Below, piece after piece: positions 29,385-40,276 of a DNA stretch of 64,000 nucleotides (position 1 is the first letter of the stretch; each line of letters starts with the position of its first letter). The position numbers and the translations under genes are program-made. A model generated the notes under the pieces. It was not told the DNA's origin. It made no database searches and saw only the letters and a program-made list of their open reading frames with translations. This DNA is from Burkholderiaceae bacterium (lineage in GTDB: Bacteria; Pseudomonadota; Gammaproteobacteria; Burkholderiales; Burkholderiaceae_C): assembly GCA_017992055.1 (NCBI GenBank), contig JAGOPK010000004.1:112165-176164 (forward strand). Direction: 5' to 3'.

Positions 29385-31367
29385 ATGAGCGCTGACCAAG
29401 GGTCCACCGAGCTGAAGATCTACCAGCCGCCGCAGGCGCTGGTGGACCAGGCCCATGTCTCGGGCATGGCCGCCTACGAGGCCCTGTGCCAGCGGGCCGA
29501 GGCCGACTACGAAGGCTTCTGGGCCGACCAGGCCCGTGCCCTGCTGAGCTGGAAGACGCCGTTCACCAAGGTGCTCAACGACAGCGAGGCGCCGTTCTTC
29601 AAGTGGTTCGAGGACGGCACGCTGAACGCCAGCTACAACTGCCTGGACCGCAACATCGAGCGCGGCCTGGGCGACAAGACCGCGCTGATCTTCGAAGCCG
29701 ACGGCGGCGAGGTCACCAAGGTCAGCTACAGCCAGCTGCTGGCCAAGACCTGCCAGATCGCCAACGGCCTGAAGAGCCTGGGCCTGGTCAAGGGCGACCG
29801 GGTCATCATCTACATCAGCATGTCCATCGACGGCGTGGCCGCGATGCAGGCCTGCGCCCGCCTGGGGCTCACGCATTCGGTGGTGTTCGGCGGCTTCTCG
29901 GCGCAAAGCCTGCGCGACCGCATCGAGGACACCGGCGCCAAGGCCGTGATCACCGCCGACCAGCAGGTGCGCGGTGGCAAGCACCTGCCGCTGAAGAGCA
30001 TCGTCGACGAAGCCCTGGCGCTGGGCGGCTGCGACTCGGTGAAGACGGTGCTGGTGGTCAAGCGCACCGGCGCCGACATCGCCATGGTCGCCGGCCGCGA
30101 CCGCTGGATGGCCGAGCTGGTCGATGGCCAGCCCACCAGCTGCGAGCCCGAGTGGGTGGGCGCCGAGCATCCGCTGTTCCTGCTCTACACCAGCGGCTCC
30201 ACCGGCAAGCCCAAGGGCGTGCAGCACAGCACCGGCGGCTATCTGCTGCATGCGGCGCTGACCACCCAGCTGACCTTCGACCTGAAGGCCGACGACGTGT
30301 TCTGGTGCACCGCCGACATCGGCTGGGTCACCGGCCACACCTACATCACCTACGGCCCGCTGGCACTCGGCGGCACCGAGATCGTGTTCGAGGGCGTGCC
30401 CACCTATCCGGACGCCGGCCGCTTCTGGCAGATGATCGCCAAGCACAAGGTCAGCATCTTCTACACCGCGCCCACCGCCATCCGCAGCCTGATCAAGGCC
30501 GCCGAGAGCAACCCGGCCGTGCATCCCAAGAGCTACGACCTGACGTCCCTGCGCATCCTGGGCTCGGTGGGCGAGCCCATCAACCCGGCCGCCTGGGAGT
30601 GGTACCACGCCAACGTGGGCGGCGGCCGCTGCCCCATCGTCGACACCTTCTGGCAGACCGAGACCGGCGGCCACATGATCACGCCGCTGCCGGGCGCCAC
30701 GCCGATGGTGCCGGGCTCGTGCACGCTGCCCTTCCCAGGCATCCAGGCCGCGGTGGTGGATGAAACCGGCAAGGACGTGCCCTGGGGCCAGGGTGGCATC
30801 CTGGTCGTGAAGAAGCCGTGGCCGAGCATGATCCGCACCATCTGGGGCGACCCCGAGCGCTTCAAGAAGAGCTACTACCCCGAGGACTTCAAGGGCAAGT
30901 ACTACCTGGCCGGCGACGGCGCCATCCGCGATGCCAAGACCGGCTACTTCACCATCACCGGCCGCATCGACGACGTGCTCAACGTCAGCGGCCACCGCAT
31001 GGGCACGATGGAAATCGAAAGCGCCCTGGTCAGCTGCACCGAGCTGGTGGCCGAGGCCGCGGTGGTGGGCCGGCCCGACGACACCACCGGCGAGGCCATC
31101 TGCGCCTTCGTGGTGCTGAAGCGCCCGCGCCCCAGCGGCGACGAGGCCAAGGCCATTGCCAAGCAATTGCGCGACTGGGTGGGCAAGGAGATCGGGCCGA
31201 TCGCCAAGCCCAAGGACATCCGCTTCGGCGACAACCTGCCCAAGACCCGCAGCGGCAAGATCATGCGCCGCCTGCTGCGCAGCATCGCAAAGGGCGAGGC
31301 CATCACCCAGGACACCAGCACGCTGGAGAACCCGGCGATCCTGGATCAGCTGAGCGAAAACAACTGA
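29385..31367 (+). CDS. acs: Acetyl-CoA synthetase (AMP-forming)
   Basis: [40 protein letters not shown]. Confidence 0.97.
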   Translation: MSADQGSTELKIYQPPQALVDQAHVSGMAAYEALCQRAEADYEGFWADQARALLSWKTPFTKVLNDSEAPFFKWFEDGTLNASYNCLDRNIERGLGDKTALIFEADGGEVTKVSYSQLLAKTCQIANGLKSLGLVKGDRVIIYISMSIDGVAAMQACARLGLTHSVVFGGFSAQSLRDRIEDTGAKAVITADQQVRGGKHLPLKSIVDEALALGGCDSVKTVLVVKRTGADIAMVAGRDRWMAELVDGQPTSCEPEWVGAEHPLFLLYTSGSTGKPKGVQHSTGGYLLHAALTTQLTFDLKADDVFWCTADIGWVTGHTYITYGPLALGGTEIVFEGVPTYPDAGRFWQMIAKHKVSIFYTAPTAIRSLIKAAESNPAVHPKSYDLTSLRILGSVGEPINPAAWEWYHANVGGGRCPIVDTFWQTETGGHMITPLPGATPMVPGSCTLPFPGIQAAVVDETGKDVPWGQGGILVVKKPWPSMIRTIWGDPERFKKSYYPEDFKGKYYLAGDGAIRDAKTGYFTITGRIDDVLNVSGHRMGTMEIESALVSCTELVAEAAVVGRPDDTTGEAICAFVVLKRPRPSGDEAKAIAKQLRDWVGKEIGPIAKPKDIRFGDNLPKTRSGKIMRRLLRSIAKGEAITQDTSTLENPAILDQLSENN

Positions 31368-31396
31368 GGCAGCGCCGGCGGGTGGGAGCCCGCCGC

Positions 31397-31888
31397 TCAG
31401 CCTGCCAACCGCGCCAGCGCCCACTGCAGCGCGCGGGCGTCGCTGCTGGCGCGGTGGCGGGTGATGCCCAACTCGCCGAAGGCCGCATGGCGCAGCCGGT
31501 CCAGCTCGGGCCGGCTGGGCTCGGGCAGCAGCTGCAGCACCGACTCCAGGCGGAAGCTGGGGCTCAGATCGGCGGCATCGAACAGCCGGCCCAGCCACGG
31601 GTAGTCGTGGGCCCAGGCATCGCTGTAGACGGTGAGGCCGGCCAGGTCGTGGTTCAGGCGCCGGGCCACTTCCAGCACCGGCCGGCCCTGGCTGTGCAGC
31701 AGCGCCGACGAGATGCCATGCACGCGCTCGGCCGCCGCATCCCAGTGCCGCCAGTCGGCCTCGGGCCGCACCAGGGTGCACCAGGCCTGGCCGTCGCCAC
31801 GCACGTAGCCGATCTCGATCGGATAGCCGCCGGGGCCGAAGCCCGAGGCCTCGATGTCCAGGATACAGGGCGGCAGCGTCGGTGGCAT
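31397..31888 (-). CDS. Small DEDDh-type 3'-5' exonuclease family protein
   Basis: LDIEASG (ExoI), HRASSDA (ExoIII). Confidence 0.75.
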   Translation of the reverse strand: MPPTLPPCILDIEASGFGPGGYPIEIGYVRGDGQAWCTLVRPEADWRHWDAAAERVHGISSALLHSQGRPVLEVARRLNHDLAGLTVYSDAWAHDYPWLGRLFDAADLSPSFRLESVLQLLPEPSRPELDRLRHAAFGELGITRHRASSDARALQWALARLAG

Positions 31889-31918
31889 GGGCACCGACGA
31901 TAACCCGGGATCAGAAAG

Positions 31919-31947
31919 GACACAGCCCCGCGGCGCGGGGCTGTGTC
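31919..31947 (-). terminator. Intrinsic terminator after the cytochrome c gene
   Basis: 13-bp stem gacacagccccgc/gcggggctgtgtc, 3-nt loop, followed by ctttct on minus strand. Confidence 0.65.
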
Positions 31948-31988
31948 GTCGGACCGGGGCAGGCCGGGCATCGCACCCGGCCGGGCAC

Positions 31989-32294
31989 TCACTTGGTGGA
32001 CAGCACCCAGGCCGCCAGGGTCTTGGCCTCGTCGGCGGTGACGTTGTTGGCCGGCATCGGCACCTGGCCCCAGGCGCCCACGCCACCCTTCTGGATCTTG
32101 TCGGCCAGCTTGGCGGCGGCGTCCTTCTGGCCGGCGTACTTGGCGGCCACATCCTTGTACGAGGGACCGACCAGCTTCTTGTCGATCGCATGGCAGGCCA
32201 TGCAGGCCTTCTTGTTGGCCAGGTCCTGGCTGGCGAAGGCCGGCGCGCTGACGGTCACGGCGGCCAGGGCGGCGATGAGGGCAATCTTCTTCAT
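31989..32294 (-). CDS. Cytochrome c551/c552
   Basis: Signal peptide, CMACH, GVGAWGQVPMP. Confidence 0.92.
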   Translation of the reverse strand: MKKIALIAALAAVTVSAPAFASQDLANKKACMACHAIDKKLVGPSYKDVAAKYAGQKDAAAKLADKIQKGGVGAWGQVPMPANNVTADEAKTLAAWVLSTK

Positions 32295-32455
32295 GGGATC
32301 CGGATCCTTTCGAGTCGTGTCATGCCCGGGCAGGGCGGGACAGTGGGCAGATGGCTGAGCTACAGTCTCCAGCAACGGATTCTATGCACCCCGGGTTGAC
32401 GCCAGGCTGTCGGGGCCTGATCGGTACACGGGGGCGATGTGAAAGAAGCAAGACC

Positions 32456-32710
32456 ATGTGGTTTGTGCTGATCGGCGTGCTGCTGCTGGGCCTGAAGCTG
32501 GCCGGGCTGGGCCCGGTGGCGGCCTGGTCCTGGTGGATCGTGCTGGCGCCGTTCGGCCTGGCCGCGCTGTGGTGGGCCTTTGCCGACAGCATGGGCATCA
32601 CCCGCGGCATGGCCATGCGCCGGCAGGACGAGAAGGTCAGGCGCCGCCGCGAGCAGCAGGCCGAGAAGCTGGGCCTGCGCCCGCCGGGCGGCGGGCGCGG
32701 CAAGCGCTGA
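32456..32710 (+). CDS. TIGR04438-type Trp-rich small membrane protein
   Basis: MWFVLIGVLL..LKL..GPVAAWSWWIVLAPF..WWAFAD pattern. Confidence 0.8.
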   Translation: MWFVLIGVLLLGLKLAGLGPVAAWSWWIVLAPFGLAALWWAFADSMGITRGMAMRRQDEKVRRRREQQAEKLGLRPPGGGRGKR

Positions 32711-32800
32711 GAGCGCCGGCCGAGCGCCCGGCCGCTCCGAAGCCGGCCGGCGACCCGCTCGGCGGGTGGCGGCGCGTACCCGCGGCGCCGGGTGCTCCAG

Positions 32801-34483
32801 TTACTCGAACTTGTCCAGCACCGCGCCAGCGCTGGCGCTGGCGGCATTGTGGGCAAACTTGGCCAGCACGCCGCGGGTGTAGCGCGGTTTGGGCTGCACC
32901 CAGGCGGCCTTGCGGCGCGCCAGCTCGTCGGCGGGCACATTCAGCTCCAGCAGCAGCTGGTGGGCATCGATGGTGATCGAGTCACCCTCCTGCACCAGCG
33001 CGATGTTGCCGCCTTCGTAGGCCTCGGGCGCCACATGGCCGACCACCATGCCCCAGGTGCCGCCCGAGAAGCGGCCGTCGGTGATCAGGCCCACGCTTTC
33101 GCCCAGGCCCTGGCCGATCAGCGCGCCAGTGGGCGCCAGCATCTCGGGCATGCCCGGGCCGCCCTTGGGGCCCAGGTAGCGCAGCACCATCACGTCGCCG
33201 GCCTTGATCTGGTTGGCCATGATCGCGGCCAGCGCGCTCTGCTCGTCGTCGAACACCCGCGCCGGGCCGGTGATGACCGGGTTCTTCAGCCCGGTGATCT
33301 TGGCCACGCAGCCCTCGGGGCTGAGGTTGCCCTTCAGGATGGCCAGATGGCCCTGGGCATACAGCGGGTTGCTGACCTTGCGGATCACCGGGTTGTCGGC
33401 GGCCAGCGGCGGCACGTCGGCCAGGTTCTGGGCCACGGTCTTGCCGGTGATGGTCATGCAGTCGCCGTGCAGCAGGCCGGCGTCCAGCAGTTCGCGCATC
33501 ACCTGCGGGATGCCGCCGGCGCGGTGCAGGTCGATGGCCAGGAACTGGCCGCTGGGCTTCAGGTCGCAGAGCACCGGCACCTTGCGGCGCACGCGCTCGA
33601 AGTCGTCGATGGTCCACTCGACCTCGGCCGCATGGGCAATCGCCAGGAAGTGCAGCACCGCATTGGTGGAGCCGCCGGTGGCCATGATCACCGCGATGGC
33701 GTTCTCGATGGCCTGCTTGGTGACGATGTCGCGCGGCTTCAGGTCGGCCTTCACCGCCTCCACCAGCACCGCGGCGGCCTGCTTGACGCTCTCCACCACC
33801 TCATCTTCGACGTTGGCCATGGTCGACGAGTAAGGCAGGCTCAGGCCCAGGGCCTCGAACGACGAGCTCATGGTGTTGGCGGTGTACATGCCGCCGCAGG
33901 AGCCGCTGCCGGGGATGGCGCGGTGCTCGATCTCGCAGAAGTCCTCCTGGCTCATCTTGCCGGCCGAGAACTGGCCCACGGCCTCGAACACGCTGACGAT
34001 GTTCAGGTCCTGGCCCTTGTACTTGCCCGGCAGGATGGTGCCGCCGTAGACGTAGAGCGCCGGCACGTTGGCGCGCAGCATGCCCATCATGCCGCCGGGC
34101 ATGTTCTTGTCGCAGCCGCCGATGACGATCACGCCGTCCATCCACTGGCCGCCGACGCAGGTCTCGACGCAGTCCGAAATCACTTCGCGCGACACCAGGC
34201 TGTACTTCATGCCCTCGGTGCCCATGGCCATGCCGTCGCTGATGGTGGGCGTGCCGAAGATCTGCGGATTGGCGCCGGCCAGCTTCAGGCCTTCCACCGC
34301 GGCATCGGCCAGGCGCTGCAGGCCCGAATTGCAGGGCGTGATCGTGCTGTGGCCGTTGGCCACGCCGATCATCGGCTTGCCGAAGTCGCCGTCCTGGTAG
34401 CCCATGGCGTAGTACATGGAGCGGTTGGGCGCGCGGGCCACGCCTTCGGTGATGTTCTTGGAGCGGCGGTTGAACTGGGCCAT
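32801..34483 (-). CDS. ilvD: Dihydroxy-acid dehydratase
   Basis: [40 protein letters not shown]. Confidence 0.95.
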   Translation of the reverse strand: MAQFNRRSKNITEGVARAPNRSMYYAMGYQDGDFGKPMIGVANGHSTITPCNSGLQRLADAAVEGLKLAGANPQIFGTPTISDGMAMGTEGMKYSLVSREVISDCVETCVGGQWMDGVIVIGGCDKNMPGGMMGMLRANVPALYVYGGTILPGKYKGQDLNIVSVFEAVGQFSAGKMSQEDFCEIEHRAIPGSGSCGGMYTANTMSSSFEALGLSLPYSSTMANVEDEVVESVKQAAAVLVEAVKADLKPRDIVTKQAIENAIAVIMATGGSTNAVLHFLAIAHAAEVEWTIDDFERVRRKVPVLCDLKPSGQFLAIDLHRAGGIPQVMRELLDAGLLHGDCMTITGKTVAQNLADVPPLAADNPVIRKVSNPLYAQGHLAILKGNLSPEGCVAKITGLKNPVITGPARVFDDEQSALAAIMANQIKAGDVMVLRYLGPKGGPGMPEMLAPTGALIGQGLGESVGLITDGRFSGGTWGMVVGHVAPEAYEGGNIALVQEGDSITIDAHQLLLELNVPADELARRKAAWVQPKPRYTRGVLAKFAHNAASASAGAVLDKFE

Positions 34484-34582
34484 GGGGCTCTCCTGGCAGC
34501 AGGCTGGGCGGGTTGTGGTCACAACGGGAGCGGGCATTGTCCGGCCGGCATACCATTGCGTCCAATCGATTGATAACCGAGA

Positions 34583-34605
34583 TTTGATCTGTCACGCATA
34601 TCAAA
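34583..34605. promoter_or_regulatory. LysR-type T-N11-A box TTTGAT-N11-ATCAAA between divergent ilvD and lysR
   Basis: Perfect 6-bp inverted repeat with 11-bp spacer. Confidence 0.6.
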
Positions 34606-34612
34606 CACCGGG

Positions 34613-35518
34613 GTGGAGCTGCGCGTCTGGCGCCAGTTCGCCATGCTGGCCGAAGAACTGCACTTCGGCCGCGCCGCGGCGCGCCTGCACATGACCCAGC
34701 CGCCGCTGACCCAGGCCATCCAGCAGCTGGAGCGCCAGCTGGGCGTGCGCCTGTTCGACCGCCACCAGCGCGCGGTGGCGCTGAGCCCGGCCGGCGCGGC
34801 CCTGCTGCCGGCCGTGCGCCGCCTGCTGGCGGCCGCCGACGAGCTGCCGCGCCTGGCCCAGGCCGCCGCCGACGGCCGCGTCGGCCAGCTGCGCCTGGCC
34901 TTCGTCTCCAGCATCGCCTACGGCCCGCTGCCCGAATGGCTGCGCGACTTCCGCGAGGCCCAGCCCGAGGTGGCGGTGCAGCTGCGCGAGGCCACGCTGG
35001 ACGTGCAGCTGGACGCCTTCGCCGCCGACGAGATCGACGCCGGCTTTGTGCTGCATGCGCCGGCCGCGGTGCCGCCGGGCTTTGCCGCCTGGCGCGCGCT
35101 GAGCGAGCCGCTGGTGCTGGCCCTGCCCGAGCGCCATGCGCTGGCCGGTGTGCAGCGGCCGCTGAGCATGGCCGAGGTGGCCGGCGAGCCGCTGCTGATC
35201 TTTCCGCGCGAGATCGCGCCTTCGCTGTTCGACGCCGTGCTGGCCGCCTGCCGTGCCCATGGCGCCACGCCGCGCATCGCCCAGCAGGCCATCCAGCAGC
35301 AGACCCTGGTCAACCTGGTGTCGGCCGGCATCGGCCTGGCCTGGGTGCCCGACAGCGTCACCCGGCTGCAAAGGCCCGGCGTGGTCTACCGCCGCGTGGC
35401 CGATGCCGGCCTGATGGCCGAGACCAGCCTGATCTGGCGCGAGCCGGCGCTGCCGGTGGTGGCGCGCTTCCTGGCCCAGGTGCAGGGACGGGGGCAGGAG
35501 CAGGGTGGGGCGGGCTGA
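34613..35518 (+). CDS. LysR-family regulator divergent from ilvD
   Basis: [30 protein letters not shown]. Confidence 0.92.
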   Translation: MELRVWRQFAMLAEELHFGRAAARLHMTQPPLTQAIQQLERQLGVRLFDRHQRAVALSPAGAALLPAVRRLLAAADELPRLAQAAADGRVGQLRLAFVSSIAYGPLPEWLRDFREAQPEVAVQLREATLDVQLDAFAADEIDAGFVLHAPAAVPPGFAAWRALSEPLVLALPERHALAGVQRPLSMAEVAGEPLLIFPREIAPSLFDAVLAACRAHGATPRIAQQAIQQQTLVNLVSAGIGLAWVPDSVTRLQRPGVVYRRVADAGLMAETSLIWREPALPVVARFLAQVQGRGQEQGGAG

Positions 35519-35571
35519 CACAATCGCGCCGGCGCCGAACTGGCGAAAGAACCGACGAAAGAACCGCGACG

Positions 35572-36375
35572 ATGCTGGTGCATCCCCAATTCGATCCGAT
35601 CGCCCTGAGCCTGGGCCCGCTGCAGGTGCACTGGTACGGTCTGACCTATCTGGTGGCCTTCGGCCTGTTCCTGTGGCTGGCCGGCCTGCGCGTGCGCCAG
35701 CCGCAGTTTGCCAACGCCGGCTGGACGCGCCGCGATGTCGAGGACCTGCTGTTCTGGGGCGTGCTGGGCGTGGTGCTGGGCGGACGCATCGGCTATGCGC
35801 TGTTCTACAAGCCGGCGCACTTTCTGGCCCATCCGCTGGAGGTGTTTGCGGTCTGGCAGGGCGGCATGTCCTTCCATGGCGGCATGCTGGGCGTGATCGT
35901 GGCGATGGCGCTGTTTGCGCGGCGCCGTGGCCGGCGCTGGCTGGAGGTGACCGACCTGATCGCCCCGGCCGTGCCCACCGGCCTGGCCAGCGGCCGCATC
36001 GGCAACTTCATCAACGGCGAGCTGTGGGGCCGGCCGGCCGATCCTTCGCTGCCCTGGGCGATGGTGTTCCCGCAATCGGGCAAGAGCATGCCGCTGCATC
36101 CGTCGCAGCTCTACCAGTTCCTGCTCGAAGGCCTGCTGCTGTTCGTGCTGCTGTGGATCTATGCGCGCCGGCCACGGGCCACCGGCCAGGTGTCGGGCGC
36201 GTTCCTGTTCGGCTATGGCGTGTTCCGCTTCATCGCCGAATACTTCCGCGAGCCCGATGCCCACCTGGGCCTGCTGGCCCTGGGCATGAGCATGGGCCAG
36301 TGGCTGTGCCTGCCGATGATCGCCGCCGGCGCCGCGCTGTGGGCCTGGAGTGGCCGCAACAGCCGCAGCCTGTGA
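35572..36375 (+). CDS. lgt: Prolipoprotein diacylglyceryl transferase
   Basis: [44 protein letters not shown]. Confidence 0.96.
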   Translation: MLVHPQFDPIALSLGPLQVHWYGLTYLVAFGLFLWLAGLRVRQPQFANAGWTRRDVEDLLFWGVLGVVLGGRIGYALFYKPAHFLAHPLEVFAVWQGGMSFHGGMLGVIVAMALFARRRGRRWLEVTDLIAPAVPTGLASGRIGNFINGELWGRPADPSLPWAMVFPQSGKSMPLHPSQLYQFLLEGLLLFVLLWIYARRPRATGQVSGAFLFGYGVFRFIAEYFREPDAHLGLLALGMSMGQWLCLPMIAAGAALWAWSGRNSRSL

Positions 36376-36391
36376 TCGAAGCGAGAGCGTG

Positions 36392-37126
36392 ATGCGACAA
36401 ATCTTCCTGGACACCGAAACCACCGGCCTCGAAGCCAACAACGGCGACCGCCTGGTCGAGATCGGCTGCATCGAGATGGTCAACCGCCGGCTCACCGGCA
36501 ACACCCTGCACCTGTACCTGAACCCCGAGCGCAAGGGCAACGAAGAGGCGATCAAGGTCCACGGCCTGACCGATGACTTCCTGGCCGACAAGCCGAAGTT
36601 CGCCGAGGTCGCGCCGCAGGTGCTGGACTTCATCCGCGGCGCCGAGGTCATCATCCACAACGCGGCCTTCGACGTGGGCTTCCTCGATGCCGAGTTCGGC
36701 CGGCTGAAGCTGGGCCGCACCGCGGACCTGGTCGGCAAGGTCACCGACACGCTGCTGATGGCACGCGAGATGTTCCCGGGCAAGGCCAACTCGCTGGACG
36801 CGCTGTGCCGCCGGCTGGAGGTCGACAACAAGCACCGCACCTTCCACGGCGCCCTGCTCGATGCCGGCCTGCTGGCCGAGGTCTACATCCGCCTGACGCG
36901 CGGCCAGGACTCGCTGGTGATCGGTGACGACGAGGCCCATGGCAGCACCGGCCATGCCGGCCTGCAGTCCAGCGGCGCGGTGGACCTGAGCGGATTTGCG
37001 CTGGCCGTGATCGAGCCCACGGCCGAGGAAGCCGCCGCCCACGAGGCCCTGCTGGCCGACCTGGACAAGGCCAGCGGCGGCAAGACCTTGTGGCGGAACT
37101 TGGCAACTGAAAAAGCTGTGGCATAA
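36392..37126 (+). CDS. dnaQ: DNA polymerase III epsilon subunit
   Basis: LDTETTG, IHNAAFD, HGALLDA. Confidence 0.95.
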   Translation: MRQIFLDTETTGLEANNGDRLVEIGCIEMVNRRLTGNTLHLYLNPERKGNEEAIKVHGLTDDFLADKPKFAEVAPQVLDFIRGAEVIIHNAAFDVGFLDAEFGRLKLGRTADLVGKVTDTLLMAREMFPGKANSLDALCRRLEVDNKHRTFHGALLDAGLLAEVYIRLTRGQDSLVIGDDEAHGSTGHAGLQSSGAVDLSGFALAVIEPTAEEAAAHEALLADLDKASGGKTLWRNLATEKAVA

Positions 37127-37127
37127 T
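37100..37127 (+). promoter_or_regulatory. Sigma70 promoter TTGGCA-N16-CATAAT (extended -10 TG) for the tRNA transcript
   Basis: Close consensus match overlapping the dnaQ stop. Confidence 0.6.
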
Positions 37128-37136
37128 CCGAGCTTC

Positions 37137-37207
37137 GCTGTTGCACAGACCCTTCGGTGCAACAGCCGATCCGGAAGACGGACAGACCTGATCCCAGATA
37201 GGGCAGG
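37137..37207 (+). other. Structured leader (three hairpins) upstream of tRNA-Val
   Basis: GCTGTTGCAC/GTGCAACAGC 10-bp stem; TCCG-GAAGA-CGGA; CCTG-AT-CCC-AGATA-GGG-CAGG. Confidence 0.45.
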
Positions 37208-37219
37208 CCAGCGAATTCC

Positions 37220-37294
37220 GGGCGGTTAGCTCAGCGGTAGAGCACTGCCTTCACACGGCAGGGGTCGCAGGTTCGAACCCTGCACCGCCCACCA
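37220..37294 (+). tRNA. tRNA-Val (anticodon CAC)
   Basis: Cloverleaf: GGGCGGT acceptor, D arm AGCTCAGCGGTAGAGC, CTGCC-TTCACAC-GGCAG, GGTTCGAACCC, encoded CCA. Confidence 0.96.
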
Positions 37295-37320
37295 AGATTC
37301 CTCATGTGAATCAACGACAT

Positions 37321-37344
37321 ACGGCACCTTCGGGTGCCGTTTTC
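37321..37344 (+). terminator. Intrinsic terminator after tRNA-Val
   Basis: ACGGCACC-TTCG-GGTGCCGT followed by TTT. Confidence 0.8.
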
Positions 37345-37373
37345 GTTTGTGGTGTGGGAAAAGTGGGGAAGAG

Positions 37374-37518
37374 CACCATCGCCGTCTGGATGTCCACAAG
37401 GACCGCATCGACATCGCCACCGCAGATGAGGGCCGAGTTGGCGAGGTGCGGTACGGGGGCCGGATCGGCGGCGATCTGGCGTCGCTGGACACGGCGTTGC
37501 GCCGCTTGATCTCGCGGG
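37374..37518 (+). pseudogene. IS110-family transposase N-terminal fragment
   Basis: LDVHKDRIDIATADEGRVGEVRYGGRIGGDLASLDTALRRL resembles the IS110 DEDD start; no start codon, truncated. Confidence 0.75.
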
Positions 37519-37787
37519 CCTCGAAAGCTGCCTCGGGCGCAGAAGACATGGATGGCGGTGGCCTTCTCCCGGAACGGGCGTTCCGGGCGCTGAACTGGGT
37601 GTGGCCGAAGGAAAGCCCACATCCGGCGATGTGTTGCGTGACATCGCAGTCGACCGTTCGCCGTTCGTCGGGCTCGCCGGTCGATCGCGCGCCGAACTCC
37701 AAGAGGACGGAGGGACGCACATGGCCCGTACCTTCGCCGAAGGCCTCGTCGTCGATGAAGGTCTGGGACACCCTGACGCCGCAGTAG
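37517..37787 (-). pseudogene. AbiEii/AbiGii-type nucleotidyltransferase internal fragment with two frameshifts
   Basis: GTGHVRPSVLLEFGARSTGEP..CD, then PDVGFPSATP, then RPERPFREKATAIHVFC, each in a different frame. Confidence 0.75.
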
Positions 37788-37922
37788 CAGGGCGTGCTCA
37801 AGGAATGCGGGGTCCAGAGCCGGGACGCCGTTCGCAAGGCCAACCGCGAGAAGGAGGGCGCCAGCCTGGCCTTTCTGAAAGCGCAGGGGATGGCGGTCAA
37901 TGAGATCTCGGGTCCGGACGCC
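37788..37922 (+). pseudogene. TRAP substrate-binding protein (DctP) C-terminal fragment
   Basis: VLKECGVQSRDAVRKANREKEGASLAFLKAQGMAVNEIS resembles the DctP C-terminal helix. Confidence 0.55.
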
Positions 37923-38897
37923 TCACCGTTGAACCAGCAAGCCGAATCGTTCGGCTTCCGACCGAAACCGGGTCATCTCTGCGTCGATCCTCTCCTGCAG
38001 CGCCCTTCCATGGAGCGCTGCCGGCTCAAGACCGCGGCCGCGAACCGCCATCGCGTGAGCTGACGTGCCCAGCCACTCGGCGAGACGCGCGGTCACTGCC
38101 GCAAGCTCGACCTCCGGATGGTCGGCGGATGCGTACACGCCGCGCAGGATCGGCCAGCGCACATCGGCGCCTTGCTCGAGTGCCGTGGGCACGGTGGCCA
38201 GCGGTCCGGCCAGCCGACGCTCGGACAGTGCGGCCAGCAGCCGCAGCGGGGCGCCAGCTGCCAGTTGCTCGGACAGTTCAGCCGCATCGCCGCACAGCAC
38301 CTGCACATGGCGACCCGACAGCGCGCGCAGCGCATCACCGCCCCCTTCGAAGGCCACGATGCGCAGATTGCGATGGCTGATGCCCGCGGATCGGGCCAGC
38401 AGCGCGGCCTTCATCCAGTCCTGACTTCCGATCGTTCCACCGGCGGCAAAGGCCACCGCCGATGGCTGGCGGCCCACCGCGTCGAGCAGCTCGCGCAAGC
38501 TGCGCCACGGCGCGTCGCGGTGCACCGCGACGACGCCATGGTCCAGCGCAACGGCGGCCACCCAGCGGATGCGCTCCGGCCGCCAGGGTCCGAACCGGCC
38601 CTGCGCCAGGTTGAGCAGGGTTCCGCTCGAAAAGGCGATCAGTTCGCGGGGCTGCTGGCGTGCGCCCCGGACCACCTCGGCGTAGGTCAGCGCGCCGATG
38701 CCACCGGGCTGGTAGACGATCCCTGGGGCCGAGTTCGGCCCGGCCAGCACGTCGCGCACCAGTTGGCAGGTGACGTCGAAACCGCCGCCCGGCTTGGCAG
38801 GCACCACGCACTGGAGCGCAGAACCTGCCCGCACCGGCATCGCCGTCAGGGCGGCCGGCAGCACGCAGCCCATCGACAGCCACTGGCGTCGCCTCAT
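37923..38897 (-). CDS. tctC: Tripartite tricarboxylate transporter substrate-binding protein (TctC)
   Basis: PAKPGGGFD, GGTIGSQD, AFEGGGDAL, WPILRG; coupled to tctE. Confidence 0.85.
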   Translation of the reverse strand: MRRRQWLSMGCVLPAALTAMPVRAGSALQCVVPAKPGGGFDVTCQLVRDVLAGPNSAPGIVYQPGGIGALTYAEVVRGARQQPRELIAFSSGTLLNLAQGRFGPWRPERIRWVAAVALDHGVVAVHRDAPWRSLRELLDAVGRQPSAVAFAAGGTIGSQDWMKAALLARSAGISHRNLRIVAFEGGGDALRALSGRHVQVLCGDAAELSEQLAAGAPLRLLAALSERRLAGPLATVPTALEQGADVRWPILRGVYASADHPEVELAAVTARLAEWLGTSAHAMAVRGRGLEPAALHGRALQERIDAEMTRFRSEAERFGLLVQR

Positions 38898-40276
38898 GTC
38901 GCGCCCCACACCAGGTAGGCGCGCAGCCCGCGCCCATCGTCACCGGGCTCAAGCACCAGGAGGCCGCCGTGGCGCTCGGCCACCGCGCGAGCCATCGCCA
39001 GCCCGAGCCCGGAGCCCCGGCTGCCACGTCCCTTTGCGAAACGTTCCCCGGCGCGGGCCTGCACATCCGCGGCCAGGCCCGGGCCGGCATCGACGACGCC
39101 CAGCCGCCAGCGTGTCGCCGATTCGGCCCCCGCCTCGATGGTGACCGGCCCCGCGCCATGGAGCAGGGCGTTGTGCGCGAGGTTGAGCAGCGCCTCACGC
39201 AGTTGCAGCCGGTCGCCATGCGCCGGCAGCAGCGCATCGCCCAGGTCGTCGACGCCGAAATCGATGCCGGCCGCGCGGGCCTGCGGCAGCAGCATCAGGG
39301 CCACCTCGCGGGCCAGGCCATGCAGGTCGAACATCTCGGGCTGCAACGGGCCCGAGTCGGTGCGTGCCAGCGCAAGCAGCTGGTTGGTCGCGCGGGTCGC
39401 GTGATCCAGCTCGTCGGAGAGTGCCTCGATCGCGGCCCGGGCCTGTGCCGGGTCCACCTCGCGACGGGCGTAGTCCAGCTGGGCGCGCAGCGTGGTCAAG
39501 GGTGTCCTGAGCTGGTGCGACGCGTCGTCCAGGAAGCGGCGGCGCTGGTCCAGCAGCGTGGACGTGCGGGTGATCTGGCCGTTGATGGTGTCGACCAGCG
39601 GCACCAGGTCCTGCGGCAGCCCGTCGGCAGGCAGGGGCCGCAGATCGTCGGGGGCCCGGCGGGCGGTGGCTTCCGCCAGGCGCCGCAACGGCAGCAGCGC
39701 CCAGGTCGACACCAGCGCCACGCCGATCACCAGCGTTCCCAGCAGCACGGCATCGCGCGCCACGGCCTGGCGCACGAAGGTGCGTGCGAACCGCTCGCGC
39801 GCATCGGTGGTTTCGGCGACCTGGATCAGGACTCGCTTGGAGCCACCGACCGGCGGTTCGAGCGGGCGGCGCAGCGCGCCCACGCGCACGGGCTGCCCGA
39901 GGTAGGCCGCGTCATAGAACTGGGGCTCGCCGTCCTTGAGCGGCCTGGCGGGCAGTGGCAGATCGGGCGACCCGATCTCGACCAGGCCATCGTCGGTCGC
40001 GACGCGGTAGTGCACCGTGCCGCTGGCGGTCAGCTCGAAGAACTCGAACAGCCGGTAGGGCTGCTCCACCGACAGGCCGCCCGAAGCGGTGGAGACGTTC
40101 AGGTCGAGCCCCTTGATGGCGCCCAGCAGCGACCGGTCGAACGCCGCATCGGCAGCACGGATGGCGTCCCCGCGGGTCGTCCACAGGCCCACGCCCAGGA
40201 CGAGCAGGGCGCCGGGAATCAGCAGGCGCAGCAGCCGCGCCCTAAGCGTTGCGTGCCGGTCCCGCTTCCAGCGCAT
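38894..40276 (-). CDS. tctE: TctE-like sensor histidine kinase
   Basis: FLDDASHQLRTPL H box, NLAHNAL N box, DAGPG, GSGLGL. Confidence 0.88.
   Translation of the reverse strand: MRWKRDRHATLRARLLRLLIPGALLVLGVGLWTTRGDAIRAADAAFDRSLLGAIKGLDLNVSTASGGLSVEQPYRLFEFFELTASGTVHYRVATDDGLVEIGSPDLPLPARPLKDGEPQFYDAAYLGQPVRVGALRRPLEPPVGGSKRVLIQVAETTDARERFARTFVRQAVARDAVLLGTLVIGVALVSTWALLPLRRLAEATARRAPDDLRPLPADGLPQDLVPLVDTINGQITRTSTLLDQRRRFLDDASHQLRTPLTTLRAQLDYARREVDPAQARAAIEALSDELDHATRATNQLLALARTDSGPLQPEMFDLHGLAREVALMLLPQARAAGIDFGVDDLGDALLPAHGDRLQLREALLNLAHNALLHGAGPVTIEAGAESATRWRLGVVDAGPGLAADVQARAGERFAKGRGSRGSGLGLAMARAVAERHGGLLVLEPGDDGRGLRAYLVWGAT

Noticed and set aside
35544-35566. Direct repeat CGAAAGAACCG x2 before lgt
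   Set aside because: Only two copies; consistent with a local slippage duplication and no evidence of function
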